From Rhizophagus irregularis (lineage: Eukaryota), in assembly GCF_026210795.1 (NCBI RefSeq), contig NC_089429.1:3906001-3970000 (forward strand): a DNA stretch of 64,000 bases, written 5' to 3'. Position 1 is the stretch's first letter. Each line of letters begins with the position of its first letter. The translations under genes and the position numbers were made by a program. Positions 1 to 11,966 of the stretch are shown here, one piece after another. The notes below the pieces were generated by a model, which worked only from the letters and a program-made list of their open reading frames with translations, searched no databases and was not told the origin of the DNA.

Positions 1-640
1 TTGGATGTGACATTTTGGTAAGTAACTTTTTCTTTTATTTATTTTAACAAAATGTTTATTAACGCTTTATTTATTATTCTTTTTTTAGTCAACTTCAAAA
101 TTTCCTAGGCACGAATTCGTAAGTTTTTTTATATTTAATTTATTTCTTTTAACAAAAATTACTAATCATATTCATTTCTTTCTTTTTTTTAGTCAGTTTG
201 CTCTTCAGGTCTGAACATGTTAGATTTGGTGGGCTATTATTTTACTTTATTATTTGTTTAAACGAAATGAATGAAGCGTTTTTAACGTTTCAATTTTTTT
301 ATTTAGATGGTCAGGCCTTTGGTATGGAATATCAGTAGGAAAAATCAAAAATATTTTTTTGAATTTATTTCTTTTAGCAAAATATTCTTACTGACATTTC
401 AATCCTTCTTTTTTTAGGCGATCAGATTATTGGATGCGTAGATTTTAATTGGTATTAGAATTTTTCTTTGATTTATTTCTTTTTAACGAAATGCTTTATT
501 AACGCTTTGATTTATCTTTTTTCTAGACGCTCAGATCTTTGGACGCGTAGAATTTTGGTAAGGAGAATTTTTTTTGAATATATATCTTTTAGCGGAACGT
601 TTTTATTAACGTTTCAATTTTTCTTTTTTTAGACGACCTG
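1..640 (+). repeat. Degenerate tandem array of ~70-90 nt introns separated by ~30 nt micro-exons
   Basis: Repeated GT(AAG)...T-rich...CTAAT/TTAAC/CTGAC...TTTTAG units. The short exons resemble each other (e.g. gatcagattattggatgcgtagatttt / gctcagatctttggacgcgtagaatttt). Confidence 0.6.
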
Positions 641-862
641 GTCTCTATATGTAGTGATGATCTGTGGCTTATGGTGGTCTGTTCTGCCTTCAGTTTTTTT
701 ATACCGCACTTTCTGCTACAACCAGAGAATGCATTATTTAATTTTGTTTCTTTTTGGCTGTTACTGAATATAATATCCTATTATATATGGAATTTCGCAA
801 ATTTCTAATTTAAATAGTAGTAAGGTCTGAAAAAGTAAATTAGTCATAATATAAAGATACTA

Positions 863-1277
863 CTTTACAGAAACTTTAAGTTTTCAAGTGATATCATTTC
901 AATATCATTTCAATATCATTTCAATATCGATTTAATATCGATACGATATCGAAATAAAGTATTATCACTTCGATATCATTTCGATATTAAATCGATATTA
1001 AAATGATATCAAAATGATAATAGAAATGATATCGAAACAACATCTTTAAGTTTAATTTAAAGATATCATTTCGATATCATTTTAATTATCATTTCGATAT
1101 CATTTCAATATCAATTTAATATTGAAATGATATCGAAGTGATAATACTTTATTTCGATATCGTATCAATATTAAATCGATATTGAAATGATATCGAAATG
1201 ATATTGAAATGATATCGTTAAGATAAACTTAACGATATCGATTCTATATTGATTAAAAATGGTAAGTTTCTGTAAAG
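863..1277. mobile_element. Foldback MITE with TA TSD
   Basis: TA|CTTTACAGAAACTT ... AAGTTTCTGTAAAG|TA; interior is a palindromic array of GATATC repeats. Confidence 0.8.
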
Positions 1278-2699
1278 TATATATTATATGTAATATGATA
1301 TAATAGAAAAATATATAAAATATAATAATAAAATATAAATTATGCCGTAATAAAATATCAATACTAAAATGGTGTTTATTATATAATTAATTTAAGTAAT
1401 TTAATTATATTAATTTCTATTAATCAATTAGCAATAAAAAAATAATGCTTATCGAATACAAGCTGCGTTGAAACTTGTTTAATAAGCACTTAAATTAAAT
1501 ATTCTTAAAGCATTTAATAAATGGTTGGTAAATGCTTAGGTTAACTTCGTGATGATGGTACTGAAAACTTTGTTAGATCTTCAGAATATACGCGATATAA
1601 GTATAAAGAGGCAGGCAAACAGTATCCATGTGATTCGCTGGAAATTAACTATTTCAAATCTGCAGGTATTAATTTCTCAAATTTTAACAATAATTGTGAG
1701 TACGTGCAACGAGTTTTCTGAAACATAAGATAGTATATCATATATCCGTATATTCATATATTCATGTATTCAATAGTTAGCTATATAATACAATAAATCG
1801 ATATACTTTTTACCCACTATACTGCCACGATGCATGTAGTAGAACAGTGTACGACATAAATTAGCACGTTTTCAATCCTCGTTAAAGTATATATGATGTA
1901 ATAGGTGATACACCGCAAATCATCTATCTGCTTGTGCGACAAATTAATTTTCACACATAAGCCCAGAATATTTTGAATTTTTTCCCTATCTATCTGAATA
2001 GCATTTATTTATGAGTTTATTTCCTCTGATGCTAGAGGCTATTCCTACTAGATTTCGACCAGAGTATATTTATATAATGTTACTAGGCCTTTATTACTGA
2101 GCGGTCGGGCAAGTGAAATAAAGAAAAAAGTCTGTATATGCATTGTCCCCAACACCATTCTAAATGTCGAGATCTTCAATGCACATTCCGCATGCCCTTA
2201 TTCTTGAACATAAAATTTTGGCGTAAAAGTGCCTTGCATATTCTTCTACTTGATCCCAACATAAATTCAGGCTCAGAGAAGATGGTAAATGGAGATTTAA
2301 AAGGGCAAGTATATAGAATTCAAGTTATTTGTCGCTTATTATTCTTTCAGCGAAATTCTAACACTATATTTTCGTCATTATGTCTTCTTTCGCATTATAT
2401 GAAAATATTTATAATTTTTTACTTGATTCACCCTCAGACCATATTACTGCATTTTCTGTTATTTTTCAACTAATAGAAAATGATACGTGGTATCCAAAAA
2501 ATAAGTTAAGAGAAATAATTCATCAGGCAATTATAGTAGTGAAAAAGAATTACAATCAGACTTCGAAAAAATATCTAAAACTCGTTGATATTCCCTTAAA
2601 GATTAGTAATTATTACTATTATTTATCAGATTATAATCCCAAATGATGATTGCGCAGAATAATATTTTTATAACCAAATTAAGTGAGTACCCATAGCCA

Positions 2700-4280
2700 T
2701 GTGGGCACAGGTTTTATCAGATGCATTAATTCCTTAGACACACAAGGGTGGATCTTAGTTATGGTTTATGAAGAAAAAATATAGCATTCATGTACATTGT
2801 TAATTGTATGCAGGCCACATATAGTTGATAATTTACTTGAAATATGTTGATAAGTGTGCGCACATGATTCTAATATCAAAAGATTAATTACATTAGTACT
2901 AATATAAGGCTTCTGCGCTAGTTTGATGATGCATATGAAGGTGTAAGTAGTCTTCAGAATATCAAAGAATCAAAACAGGAAGAACCGCTCACTAAGAATG
3001 AAATCAAGACGAACTTGCGTGTCTTGAAAACCAATCTTAAAAATAGCAAGGCTCCATACACCTACCACTTCCGTAAATATTTAAAGAAGAAAAGTGCTTC
3101 AAATTTATCATGGCGCGTTCTACTTGCTAGTCAAGTGATTTGTGCGGATTCAGAAATGGTGAGAACTTTGGAAGTAGAGGCATATAACTTTTTTATGGTA
3201 AGTAATTTAGCAAATAGTGTTTTGTATTACCATAGTCTACTTTCTGCAAAGAGTATTTATTATATTAATATTGTGATCTCTATAGGATCCGGCAGAGCGT
3301 ATGAAAGTAACTGCTCCAAATCTTGTCAAAGATAATTGTGATTCCTTTGTTTTGAATTTCATAGACAGTATTACAGATATCCCAAATAATAGACTTTACA
3401 TGATAAAAGTTGGAAAGAATCTAACGAAAAACTAGGAAAAGTTACGTTAGATATACTCAATATCTTGTAAGTATTTCAGTAACGAGCCTTAATATAATAT
3501 AATAATCATATTTGCCATTTCTTTTAACGAAAAATAGTGTTTAACATTATTTTTATAGGAGAGATATTTGGAAAAATTCTGCCTTTGGCCCAAAGTTGGT
3601 TAAGTCACAAAGTGAAGGGACATATATGACTAATGTGATAGTTCCAATGATTCGAGCATCATTAAAAGATCTTCCAATTGGGAAATCTGGTTATATTTCT
3701 ACAGCTGAGCGTCAAAGTATAGCTAGTAAAGATCGAAGAGGAATTGGAAAATGACCAGATGTTATATTTATCGCTAGTTGTAATGAAAGAATATATGAAT
3801 TAATTTATTGTGAGAGTTCTCGTATCATTTGTGATGAACAAAAAAAGGAAAATGATAAGGTAAAAACTTGGAGAGAGATGAATGTATTGGGCCCACAAAG
3901 GATGCAAACTGGACAAAGATGAATTTGGTATTATTGGAATCCAAGTTGCTGGAACTAAGATGTATCTAAATATCCTCATTCGAGGTATGGATGAGATACA
4001 TCGTTTCTATAATTTACGTACAGTTAAAATTCCGATACAACCAACAGATGTTTAAATTCATCGAAATTTTATTAACAATAATATGGGTATGTGGAATGCA
4101 GTTCTTATTCAAATTTTTATTTTACTTTCTTAAAATTAACACATACTTATAATTATAGAATATCTTGCATATCAATATTTCTCTTCTATATTACGCGCTT
4201 CCAACTAGTTCAAGTAGTAATACAGAAAATAGCTCCACTGTATCTTCTTCACCAAGATCATCATCACCACCAAAAATGAA
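2700..4280 (+). pseudogene. Multi-exon pseudogene of a PD-(D/E)XK nuclease-like hypothetical family
   Basis: GT-AG introns at ~3198-3285, ~3467-3558 and ~4087-4158. The exon after 3558 reads ...SEGTYMTNVIVPMIRASL...AERQSIASKDRR..GK*PDVIF...YELIYCESSR, with stops and frameshifts. The 5' boundary is approximate. Confidence 0.5.
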
Positions 4281-4515
4281 AAAAAGAAAGTCTATGAAAT
4301 TCGAAAAAAAAATAATCTAATTGTTGTGTATATTACCGTTCAATAAAGTGCCCTGGTGGCCAATTATTTTTTATATATTCATCTGTTTTTTTTGTATGGG
4401 ATACACACCAGATAATAAAAATTTTTCTTGGCAAATTTGCGGGACTGCGTGGTCTCGGAAAACATGTGATTTTTTACTTTTGAATATTAACATACTAATA
4501 CTATATTACGCTAGC

Positions 4516-4716
4516 ATGCAATCCAAAATAGATGAGACTGATTCATTGAAAATATACATTGCCAGGCTTGAGCTCGAGAATGATAAAATTAAGGTTGAGA
4601 ACAATAAAATTAAGGCCAAGAATCTTGAGCTTAAGGCCAGAGTTGTGAAATTGGAAGACATGCAATTGCAAAACGTATTAATAAAAAATATATTATCTGT
4701 ATCACAAAAGACATGA
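4516..4716 (+). CDS. Small coiled-coil hypothetical protein
   Basis: MQSKIDETDSLKIYIARLELENDKIKVENNKIKAKNLELKARVVKLED shows a heptad pattern. Confidence 0.45.
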   Translation: MQSKIDETDSLKIYIARLELENDKIKVENNKIKAKNLELKARVVKLEDMQLQNVLIKNILSVSQKT

Positions 4717-4980
4717 TCATGTATTAATTTTGGTGAAATTTCTTCAGCGCTGGGGTACCCCTGCCAAAATGATTTTTTCTTGCTGACCAATGGTCGGGTG
4801 TCATGTGCATTTTTGATCAGAGTTTTCTAGCAGATCTTTCGTGATATTGACGCGTATAACTATATCCTGGTAGACTTCGTCTATATGGGTGACAGAATGC
4901 TCAGAATTCTTAGATTCTCAGAATTTTTCTTATAAAATTTCTGAATCTATAAAATTTTCAAAATTTTTTATTAGTTACCT

Positions 4981-5686
4981 ATGGTAACAATGACCGGTAT
5001 ACTAACACCAACTTTTCACGTATATTACTCAAAGCAACTTAACCAGCTCCCCCATTCCATTAAAATAGATACATGGCGATGTCTTACTTCACGAAAACAT
5101 CTATTATCGATAGAACAGGCAAGTAGTATCCACCCCGAAGTGGAAGATTTGTTAAATAAGGCGGTTGGAAATTATATTAACTGAAGCAAAAAGAGCGTCA
5201 GAAGATGAAGCCTATTACCCGCGACTGTGAAAATTTGTTAAGAAAAGAAAATGAGGAGTTGTATATATCAAAGCGGGTATTGGAAAAAAAGATTGAAGAG
5301 CTTCTCGACTTGCAAGAGCAATATAAGTCTTATGAAGTAGCCATGACCAGGTCTTTAAAAGAGAGTGATGGAAAAGTCACCCAATTATCAGATTCGGTAG
5401 CTTTCTTCAAAAGTATAATTCCTGATACGAGAAAAGCCATTGCATCAGCTGAAAAGTCCATTGACATATTAGAGAATAAATGCTAGCATCTGGAGGATAT
5501 TATTTCTGCTAAGGATAGGAAAATTATCACTCTTGTTGATCAGATCCTTTCCAAAACGAAGCATAGTGATGTGACTATAGAGCTGGAAATATATTCTAGC
5601 ACTCATGAAAGGAAATTATGGGCGAAGAGGCGTAGTGAATCTGAACATGATCTAGAAACTAGGAAAAATATACATTTCGTCCTTAG
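4981..5686 (+). pseudogene. Coiled-coil hypothetical protein (frameshift ~5180, stop ~5485)
   Basis: ORFs 4981-5184 and 5205-5486 join and read past TAG (HLEDIISAKDRKIITLVDQIL...). Confidence 0.5.
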
Positions 5687-5700
5687 TACCTAAGAAAATT

Positions 5701-6437
5701 CTACTCATTAGCGAGAGGTACATCCCAGCCAACGCGTATCCTGTATGGATGTTCGCGAGGTACAGTTAGATCGAAAACAACGAATTTTTGTTCACATAAA
5801 TGCTTATCAATAATTTTAATCACATTATGCCAGTCATTAGCATATTGATGCACATAAATAGGCAGATATGTGTGAGATTTTTTTGTATTATCTTTGGGCA
5901 GTCAAAGTAACTCTGGGATACATATATCAAACTGATGTTATAGTGGCGCCCTTCGACGAAATAAGGAATAATTTTCTCTTGCACTTTTTTCAGATCAGCA
6001 TATACATCTTCGAATATAGGCACTGTACCTCTATCTGGAGAGAATGAATCCACCTTAGGGATTTTATCAGGCTTTATAGCCCGGAATGTAATATTTTCAC
6101 GGTATGGCTTTAGACTATTTGCAATTATCTGATACGCCGATTTGAGGTACATATATTTCGGCTCCTTAAGATTGTGACCAATGAGTAGCAAATCATCATA
6201 CTTGATGTAACGTGTTCCTCCTTTCTTCCCATTAAACATTTGATAAAGCTTATTTTCGAGCATGAAATTGAGAACTTCATTAGTTTTTCCTGAATTAGTA
6301 CGGCCACAAATTAGAAGGGTGAAAGGCCATTGGGGGACACTTGGATGTCCATTATATTTTTGGGCATCTTTAATATCGTTGATGTGATATACGAGCCTAT
6401 CAACTGGCTCGAGCTTTTTACTTTCATATTAGACTAT
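5701..6437 (-). pseudogene. A32-like (FtsK/HerA superfamily) DNA packaging ATPase
   Basis: In frame upstream of the tracked ORF 5820-6263 is [15 protein letters not shown] (Walker A, ~6282-6305). Then PIFED (Walker B) and [16 protein letters not shown] (Arg-finger/sensor motif). After a frameshift at ~5855 the C-terminus reads FVVFDL...RIRVGWD. The start codon appears mutated (ATA GTC TAA). Confidence 0.85.
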
Positions 6438-6497
6438 CTATTACTAATGATATTCTAAAATAATCTTGCAATTTTCAGCGACGGCCGTCGTCCAAAT

Positions 6498-7106
6498 TTA
6501 TTTTTGAAGGAGAAGGAATCCTTTCTCGATTAGAGTATGTCTGATATAGGACAAGAGGTCAGCTGTGTACGGGACTTCAATGAAATATATTTCTTGATTT
6601 TTGCATATATCCCGCTTCTTCTGATCACGCTGACTTTGTGTTTTTAAACTTTCGCCTCCTTCAGTCTCCCGATGATAAAAACTATTGTGATGGTAGTGTT
6701 GAGGGTCCTGGAATTCGAATGCAAGACCCAACTCTTTGTTATATCCATTGAGATGCATTCTATTCAAGAATGATGGTCTGCAGGATGGAAATTTCTTGCC
6801 TAATAGATCCTCAAAAATATATTGGCATTAACGTTCACCGGTAGTGTGGTGGTATAGAGGACACCATTCAAATTTTTTCATATATTTTAGTGGATACTTC
6901 CACTAATACGCACCATTTTCACAAAACCAAAGATATATGTTATGACCATTTATTCGCCCAGTCCTTTCTAGATGTTGACCACCATGTCTTCTGGCATAAT
7001 CAATAGCTTGATCTAACTCGTTATTGATAGGAAAAGCATATGCAATATGTACAGATAATATGTTTTGAGATGGACGACCAACCCTTTCTGGATCAGCTAT
7101 TAACAT
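6498..7106 (-). pseudogene. Zn-ribbon + restriction-endonuclease-like (Vsr/DUF559-type PD-(D/E)XK) domain, of the kind seen in large DNA viruses
   Basis: [11 protein letters not shown]...WCP...[48 protein letters not shown]...[21 protein letters not shown], one frame with two stops. Confidence 0.7.
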
Positions 7107-8160
7107 GAGCTCCTCTGTTACAAATCCTCGCTTTGGAGCAAATTCATCATCATCACTTCCGAGATAATATAAGACCAGCTCATTCTTTATAACAACAACT
7201 TTTCAGATTCTATGGAAACTTGGGTTGAATGTAGGGTCAGTTGCACGCTTCTCATTTTCCATACCCCTTCCCATTCTGCATTGGCAAGTAGGTAGTGGAC
7301 GGTATTTCCTTTCTTTAACCTTATTTCATCTTGTCCAACTGGGCGCTTATATTTTGTGGATGGTCTAGATTCGACTCGTTCTAAAGCAATAGCTTTCACA
7401 GGTTTAAGTCCCCATTTTTCTGATCCTGGTTCTCAAATAAGGCGCGTGGGATAGTTATTTAGATAATTAATAACCACTGGTAGAAATCTAACCCATGCTC
7501 TTATTAGTTTAGGATCAGAAGATATTAATTCAATAGCATACTGGATCTTGTATAGAATCTTCGAAAGTGTTTGATTGAAACGCTTCACAAATGCAAGACC
7601 TCGATGGAAATATGGACCGACCACTCGAATTGTGACATTATGCTCTTGCATTAGTTGAGAAGTCTCGCCCATCCATTCTCGCCTATTATCTGTTTAAAGT
7701 AATTTAGGATAGGTAAGAGAATTATTAGGGTCATCATAAATTTTTCTGAACGCTCTAGCAACTTCTGAACTATTCTTAGATGTGAGCGGAACTGAAGCCT
7801 TGTATTTGGAGGCGCAGTCTATAATGTTAAGTACTGCTTTATATTTTTTACCTCTATAGTGATCATGAGTAAAAAATAGTATATCGCACTGGTATACATA
7901 ATTAGGGCATATTATTCGCCATAGCTGGCTCTAGGAATGTATTTTGGAGAGGTTTTATTGATTTGGTATGACTCTTGATTTTCTAAAAAATTTTTGCATT
8001 CACTTAGGTGGAATCGATGCCCTTCTTTTTTACATGCGTCTCTTAAGGATTTGGGATTAGAATAATATCTAGTCAGGCAATAATATACATCACGCAATAT
8101 AAGATTTTTTTCGATTCTTTTAGCCTCATCAGGATCTATCACAATTTGCGGTTGGCTCAT
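7107..8160 (-). pseudogene. Polinton/Maverick-type DDE (rve) integrase
   Basis: YQ.NK.SPKYIPR, PNYVYQCDILF (D1), VLNIIDCASKYKASVPLTSKNSSEVARAF, TDN (D2), FVKRFNQTL (catalytic E now K), WVRFLPVVINYLN, YKRPVG, RATDP, LYYL...[10 protein letters not shown]. Several stops and frameshifts. Confidence 0.85.
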
Positions 8161-8209
8161 TCTCAAGGTAGGATTATTATGATGGTACTATAAATTAGGA
8201 TGAAATACC

Positions 8210-10423
8210 ATGTTTGATCCAGCATATTCACAGCTTTTAGATACTAACCAGGAGCTTCGTAGTGAACTTCGAGATGAAATTTCTATTAATAAGAGTAATG
8301 AGAAAAAACTTCACTCTCTCGTGAAAGAGCTTGAGCAATGTTATCGAACTATCTCATTACAGGATAATACTATTATAACCTATGAGAAAGAGATAGAGAA
8401 ACTTAAATCAGAAATATCTAATTTGCGAAAACAGCTTAGGGTTTTACAACAGGATAAAAAATTCAAAGATGATGTTAGGTCTATTCAAGATGGCCGAATC
8501 ATAGAGTTTGAAAATAAGGTAGAACGTTTCAAGGCAAGAATCCGGATTTTCATAGACAAAAAAATTCCAATAGATAATTTAGATATGGCAACGACTAATC
8601 TTATTGGAAATGTTAATAGAAAGTTAGAACGAATTGAAAATCACATTAGGAGAGTCAGTACGCCTATGCAGAATCCTGCCAATGTTATAGATGGTATCAA
8701 AGGCTCGTTAAATACTATTCAGGTTACTTTGCAAAATATCACAACTGAAAGGGATCAATATCAGAACCTATTAAATGATTCAATTTGGCGGGTAGATGAT
8801 CTTAGAAATCAGTTAAATGATAGCGGAAATCAGAATTTACGATTACAACGTTTATTAGATGAATTCTGTGTTCAGGTTGAAAGAACTATGAGAGAAAGGG
8901 ATGTAACTATAAGGGGAAGAGATAATGCTTAAGAAGAGCGGGATATGGCTATTCTGGCTTATAATAATGAGAAAAAAGAATCCTGCCGTTGGTATTTCTC
9001 ATATCGGGATAAAGATAGGCGTGTTCAAGAATTATTGCGAGAAAAGTTTGCTAAACAGATATTATGTCAGCAGAATGTTAACTATCTTTAGCAAAATACC
9101 CGACAGTTGCAAACTAATGCTCAAAACTAAGTAAATAGGATGTTAGTCATTATAGCAAGAAAACAAACCCGCATTGGCAAATTGATACGTGAAAAGTTTG
9201 TTTTCCAGCTAGTGATTAGGCAAAGAGACCAGAATATTTTAAATTTGTAGGGACAAATTTTGGCGCTTCAGAATAACTGAACCTAATTGTAAACATGGCC
9301 GATGCTAGACGTTTACCAGTATTAAATTTGATTGCACCTATTCTTGCTAAAAATAAGCCGTATACAGGCCAAGAACCTTCTGATAATTATTTGGATAGGC
9401 TTATTCAATCAATATCATTTGCGCAAAGACATATGACTGTTCTTGAAAATGCAAATGCCGGAGATTTTGATGATGCTGTCAAGTATGATATTTATAAAGC
9501 TCCGTCAGATGGGAGGAAAATATTTACCAGTTCCTGCCTAAGACTCATATAATGGAAATGCTAATATTAATACTCCAGCTACTTTACGTGTTTGAATGAG
9601 ATCAAAATATCAACATGAAACAGTAGGTAGTCGGCAGTCAGCACTGCAAAGGTTAATTCAAGAAAGATTTCTACCCACAGATTCACCAGATACTTATGAA
9701 AAAAGAATCTGACCTTTATTATTAGGTGTAGCGGATGGTGATGTCCAAACTGTAAGATTTCTTAAGAATCACTTGTTAGGTAATCTTTATACATGGATGC
9801 GAGCTGTTGCTCCTGCCGGTATTGATGCATTCTTTACACAACTTAAAGATATGTGGTTGGAGCGTGCTCCCAATCTAAATGGAGGTCAAAATTATCAGAG
9901 TAATTCTTCAACTGAGATTGATAAGTTAAATTCCAAAATAGCCTCCCTTGAAGCACAGTTAGTTCAACTGATTCAGGCACAACCCCAAAATAATGATGCC
10001 TTAGAAAAGATGTATATACGCGCAGTGCGGTTAGGAATGCCAGTTGATGCACCAAAAGATCTTACATCCTTAGATAATTATATTAATGATGAATTAATAA
10101 GGAGATTGGGCGTTGCTAATACCAATTACACCAAGCTTTCCAAAAAATACTCTCAAATGGTTAATGTGGTCAAAAAGTTAGCCAAGCATAAATGCTCTAA
10201 TTGTGGTAAAGCTGGCCACAATTCTCGTAAATGTCTCAGAAAAAAGAAGAGTAAGTCTAAAAAAGGTAAAGTAAATCTTGCCACTTTAGATTTAGGTTCA
10301 GATTCGAACACTAACTCTGATAAGTCGTCTGATGACTCTTCTAATTCTAGTTTGAGTTCTTCATCTGAATTCGAGTCTGAAGCTGATATTAATGTTAACA
10401 TTACTAAGGCAAAAAAAAAGTGA
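8210..10423 (+). pseudogene. Long coiled-coil + Gag-like (capsid-like) + CCHC zinc knuckle protein
   Basis: The 8210 frame reads through TAA/TAG stops to ~9280. Then PYTGQEPSDNYLDRL (Gag-like N-terminal motif), LQRLIQERF..DSPDTYEKRI (MHR-like) and CSNCGKAGHNSRKC (CX2CX4HX4C). Confidence 0.7.
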
Positions 10424-11314
10424 AGAAAGAATCAAGTAATCCTTCCCCTCCACTAAAAAAGAAATCAAAGAGCCACCTTACGGCCAAGTCTCAAGAGGTA
10501 ACAGATATAGAGACAGCTCCTTTGGTCTCAGCTCCTTTCTCTAAAAAGAAAAAGCGAAGTTCAAAATCCCTATCACAGGATAATTAATTCCGCTTGGAAA
10601 ATATTATTGAGAAAATTATTGAGAAGGTGCTTAATGAAAAGTTTGGCGCCATTATAGCCTTTTTTCAATCACAGAATTCTGCTTTTAGAATACTGGTTAA
10701 TAGTAGAGATGATCTCACTTCGAATACTCCTGAAACTCCAGACTCAGATAAAAAGACGAAATTCTAAATGAACCTATAGAAATCGATTTTGTTCAGAAAA
10801 AGGATCCTGCCACTGATGTTGTTACTACTAAGTGTAAAATCAAGCATCTGATCATTCCGGTTGCTGTGGTTGATTCTGGTGCTAATTTTGCAATTATGAC
10901 AGATGATATCTCTAAACGATCAAAGCTAGAAATTGATACAAAAGAAAAACATGATCTCAGAGGTATTGCTACTACTCCCACAAAATCTCTTGGAATTGTC
11001 AGAAATGTCCAGTAAATTTCACTTCCAGATGTACTATATATGCTGATTTTGCTGTAGTTAAATACCCTAAGCCGATACTAATCTTACCCAACACACTTCT
11101 TGATAAATATAATTATGATTTACTTGCATCAAAGCAGGAATTGAGACTAAAGTGTAATGGTAAGGAATTTTTTATCCCAAGTAATATGCATAAGGTCAAA
11201 AATAAGCTTGAGGTGAATTGTGCGATCACTACTTCCAAATGTGATGAATCCTCGACCCCGAACTGTATTTCGCAGGATTTAAGTGAGGATTATGATGTAT
11301 TAAAAAAAAAGTGA
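10420..11314 (+). pseudogene. Retropepsin-type aspartic protease with basic linker
   Basis: AVVDSGANFAIMT (DSG at 10872), LRGIAT...SLG, ADFAVV...PILILPNTLLDKYNYDL. Frameshifted, so absent from the ORF track. Confidence 0.75.
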
Positions 11315-11447
11315 GTTATAAGGAACTTGAAAAAATGCTATATAGCACTCTTAAGTATAATGCAGAAATCAATAAGTATTGTGAAAGATTACAGGCACGC
11401 TATAATGAACTTCTTGCCGAAGACGCTTAAGGCAGAGAATAGGCGAG

Positions 11448-11966
11448 TTATTTTTCTAATATATTCTTCATATTTGCTATATTTTTTATGTTTCTTTCAA
11501 CTATCTTCTCATACAACGTGAGAATTGGTTGAGACTGGATAGGAGATGGTATTAGCGGTGGTATCCCATCCTTGGACTTCGATTTCTTCCCTTCGGCCTT
11601 TTTTGCCTTTTCACCTTCTTCCAAAAGTGAATCAATAGATTTGCTAGACTCTATCTTAGCATCATGTATTTGTTTTTCTAGCTCTGTAAATGGAGAAACA
11701 TCTTGGTCTTGGATCTCTGACTTAGTCCGCCCGCCTACAACATTTATATTAGAAAGCGAAACAGTCTCTCCAGGAGCAGCTGTTGACATATGAATTGGTT
11801 GATTCCACACAACCCCATTTTTTTCTTCACCTTTCCAGATCTGATAAATACGTTTTTGTGATGTACAATATTTATCTGTTAAATCCTTTAAAACTTTATC
11901 TCTAGGCTTTTTTTCAGCACATTGCATAATATGATCATAATCGGCTGGTGAAAAAGGGGGCATCAC
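11448..11966 (-). CDS. Hypothetical protein, possible N-terminal HTH
   Basis: 172-aa ORF; LKDLTDKYCTSQKRIYQIWKG resembles a helix-turn-helix recognition helix. Confidence 0.5.
   Translation of the reverse strand: MMPPFSPADYDHIMQCAEKKPRDKVLKDLTDKYCTSQKRIYQIWKGEEKNGVVWNQPIHMSTAAPGETVSLSNINVVGGRTKSEIQDQDVSPFTELEKQIHDAKIESSKSIDSLLEEGEKAKKAEGKKSKSKDGIPPLIPSPIQSQPILTLYEKIVERNIKNIANMKNILEK

Noticed and set aside
4320..4450. Long TIR / TG..CA terminus for the virus-like element
   Set aside because: I found no convincing match to 16300-16700 beyond an 11-bp motif, so the ends remain undefined.
8210..11430. Ordinary LTR retrotransposon remnant
   Set aside because: No LTR, PBS, PPT, RT or RNase H nearby, and it abuts the divergent integrase within ~50 bp. 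Not fully excluded.
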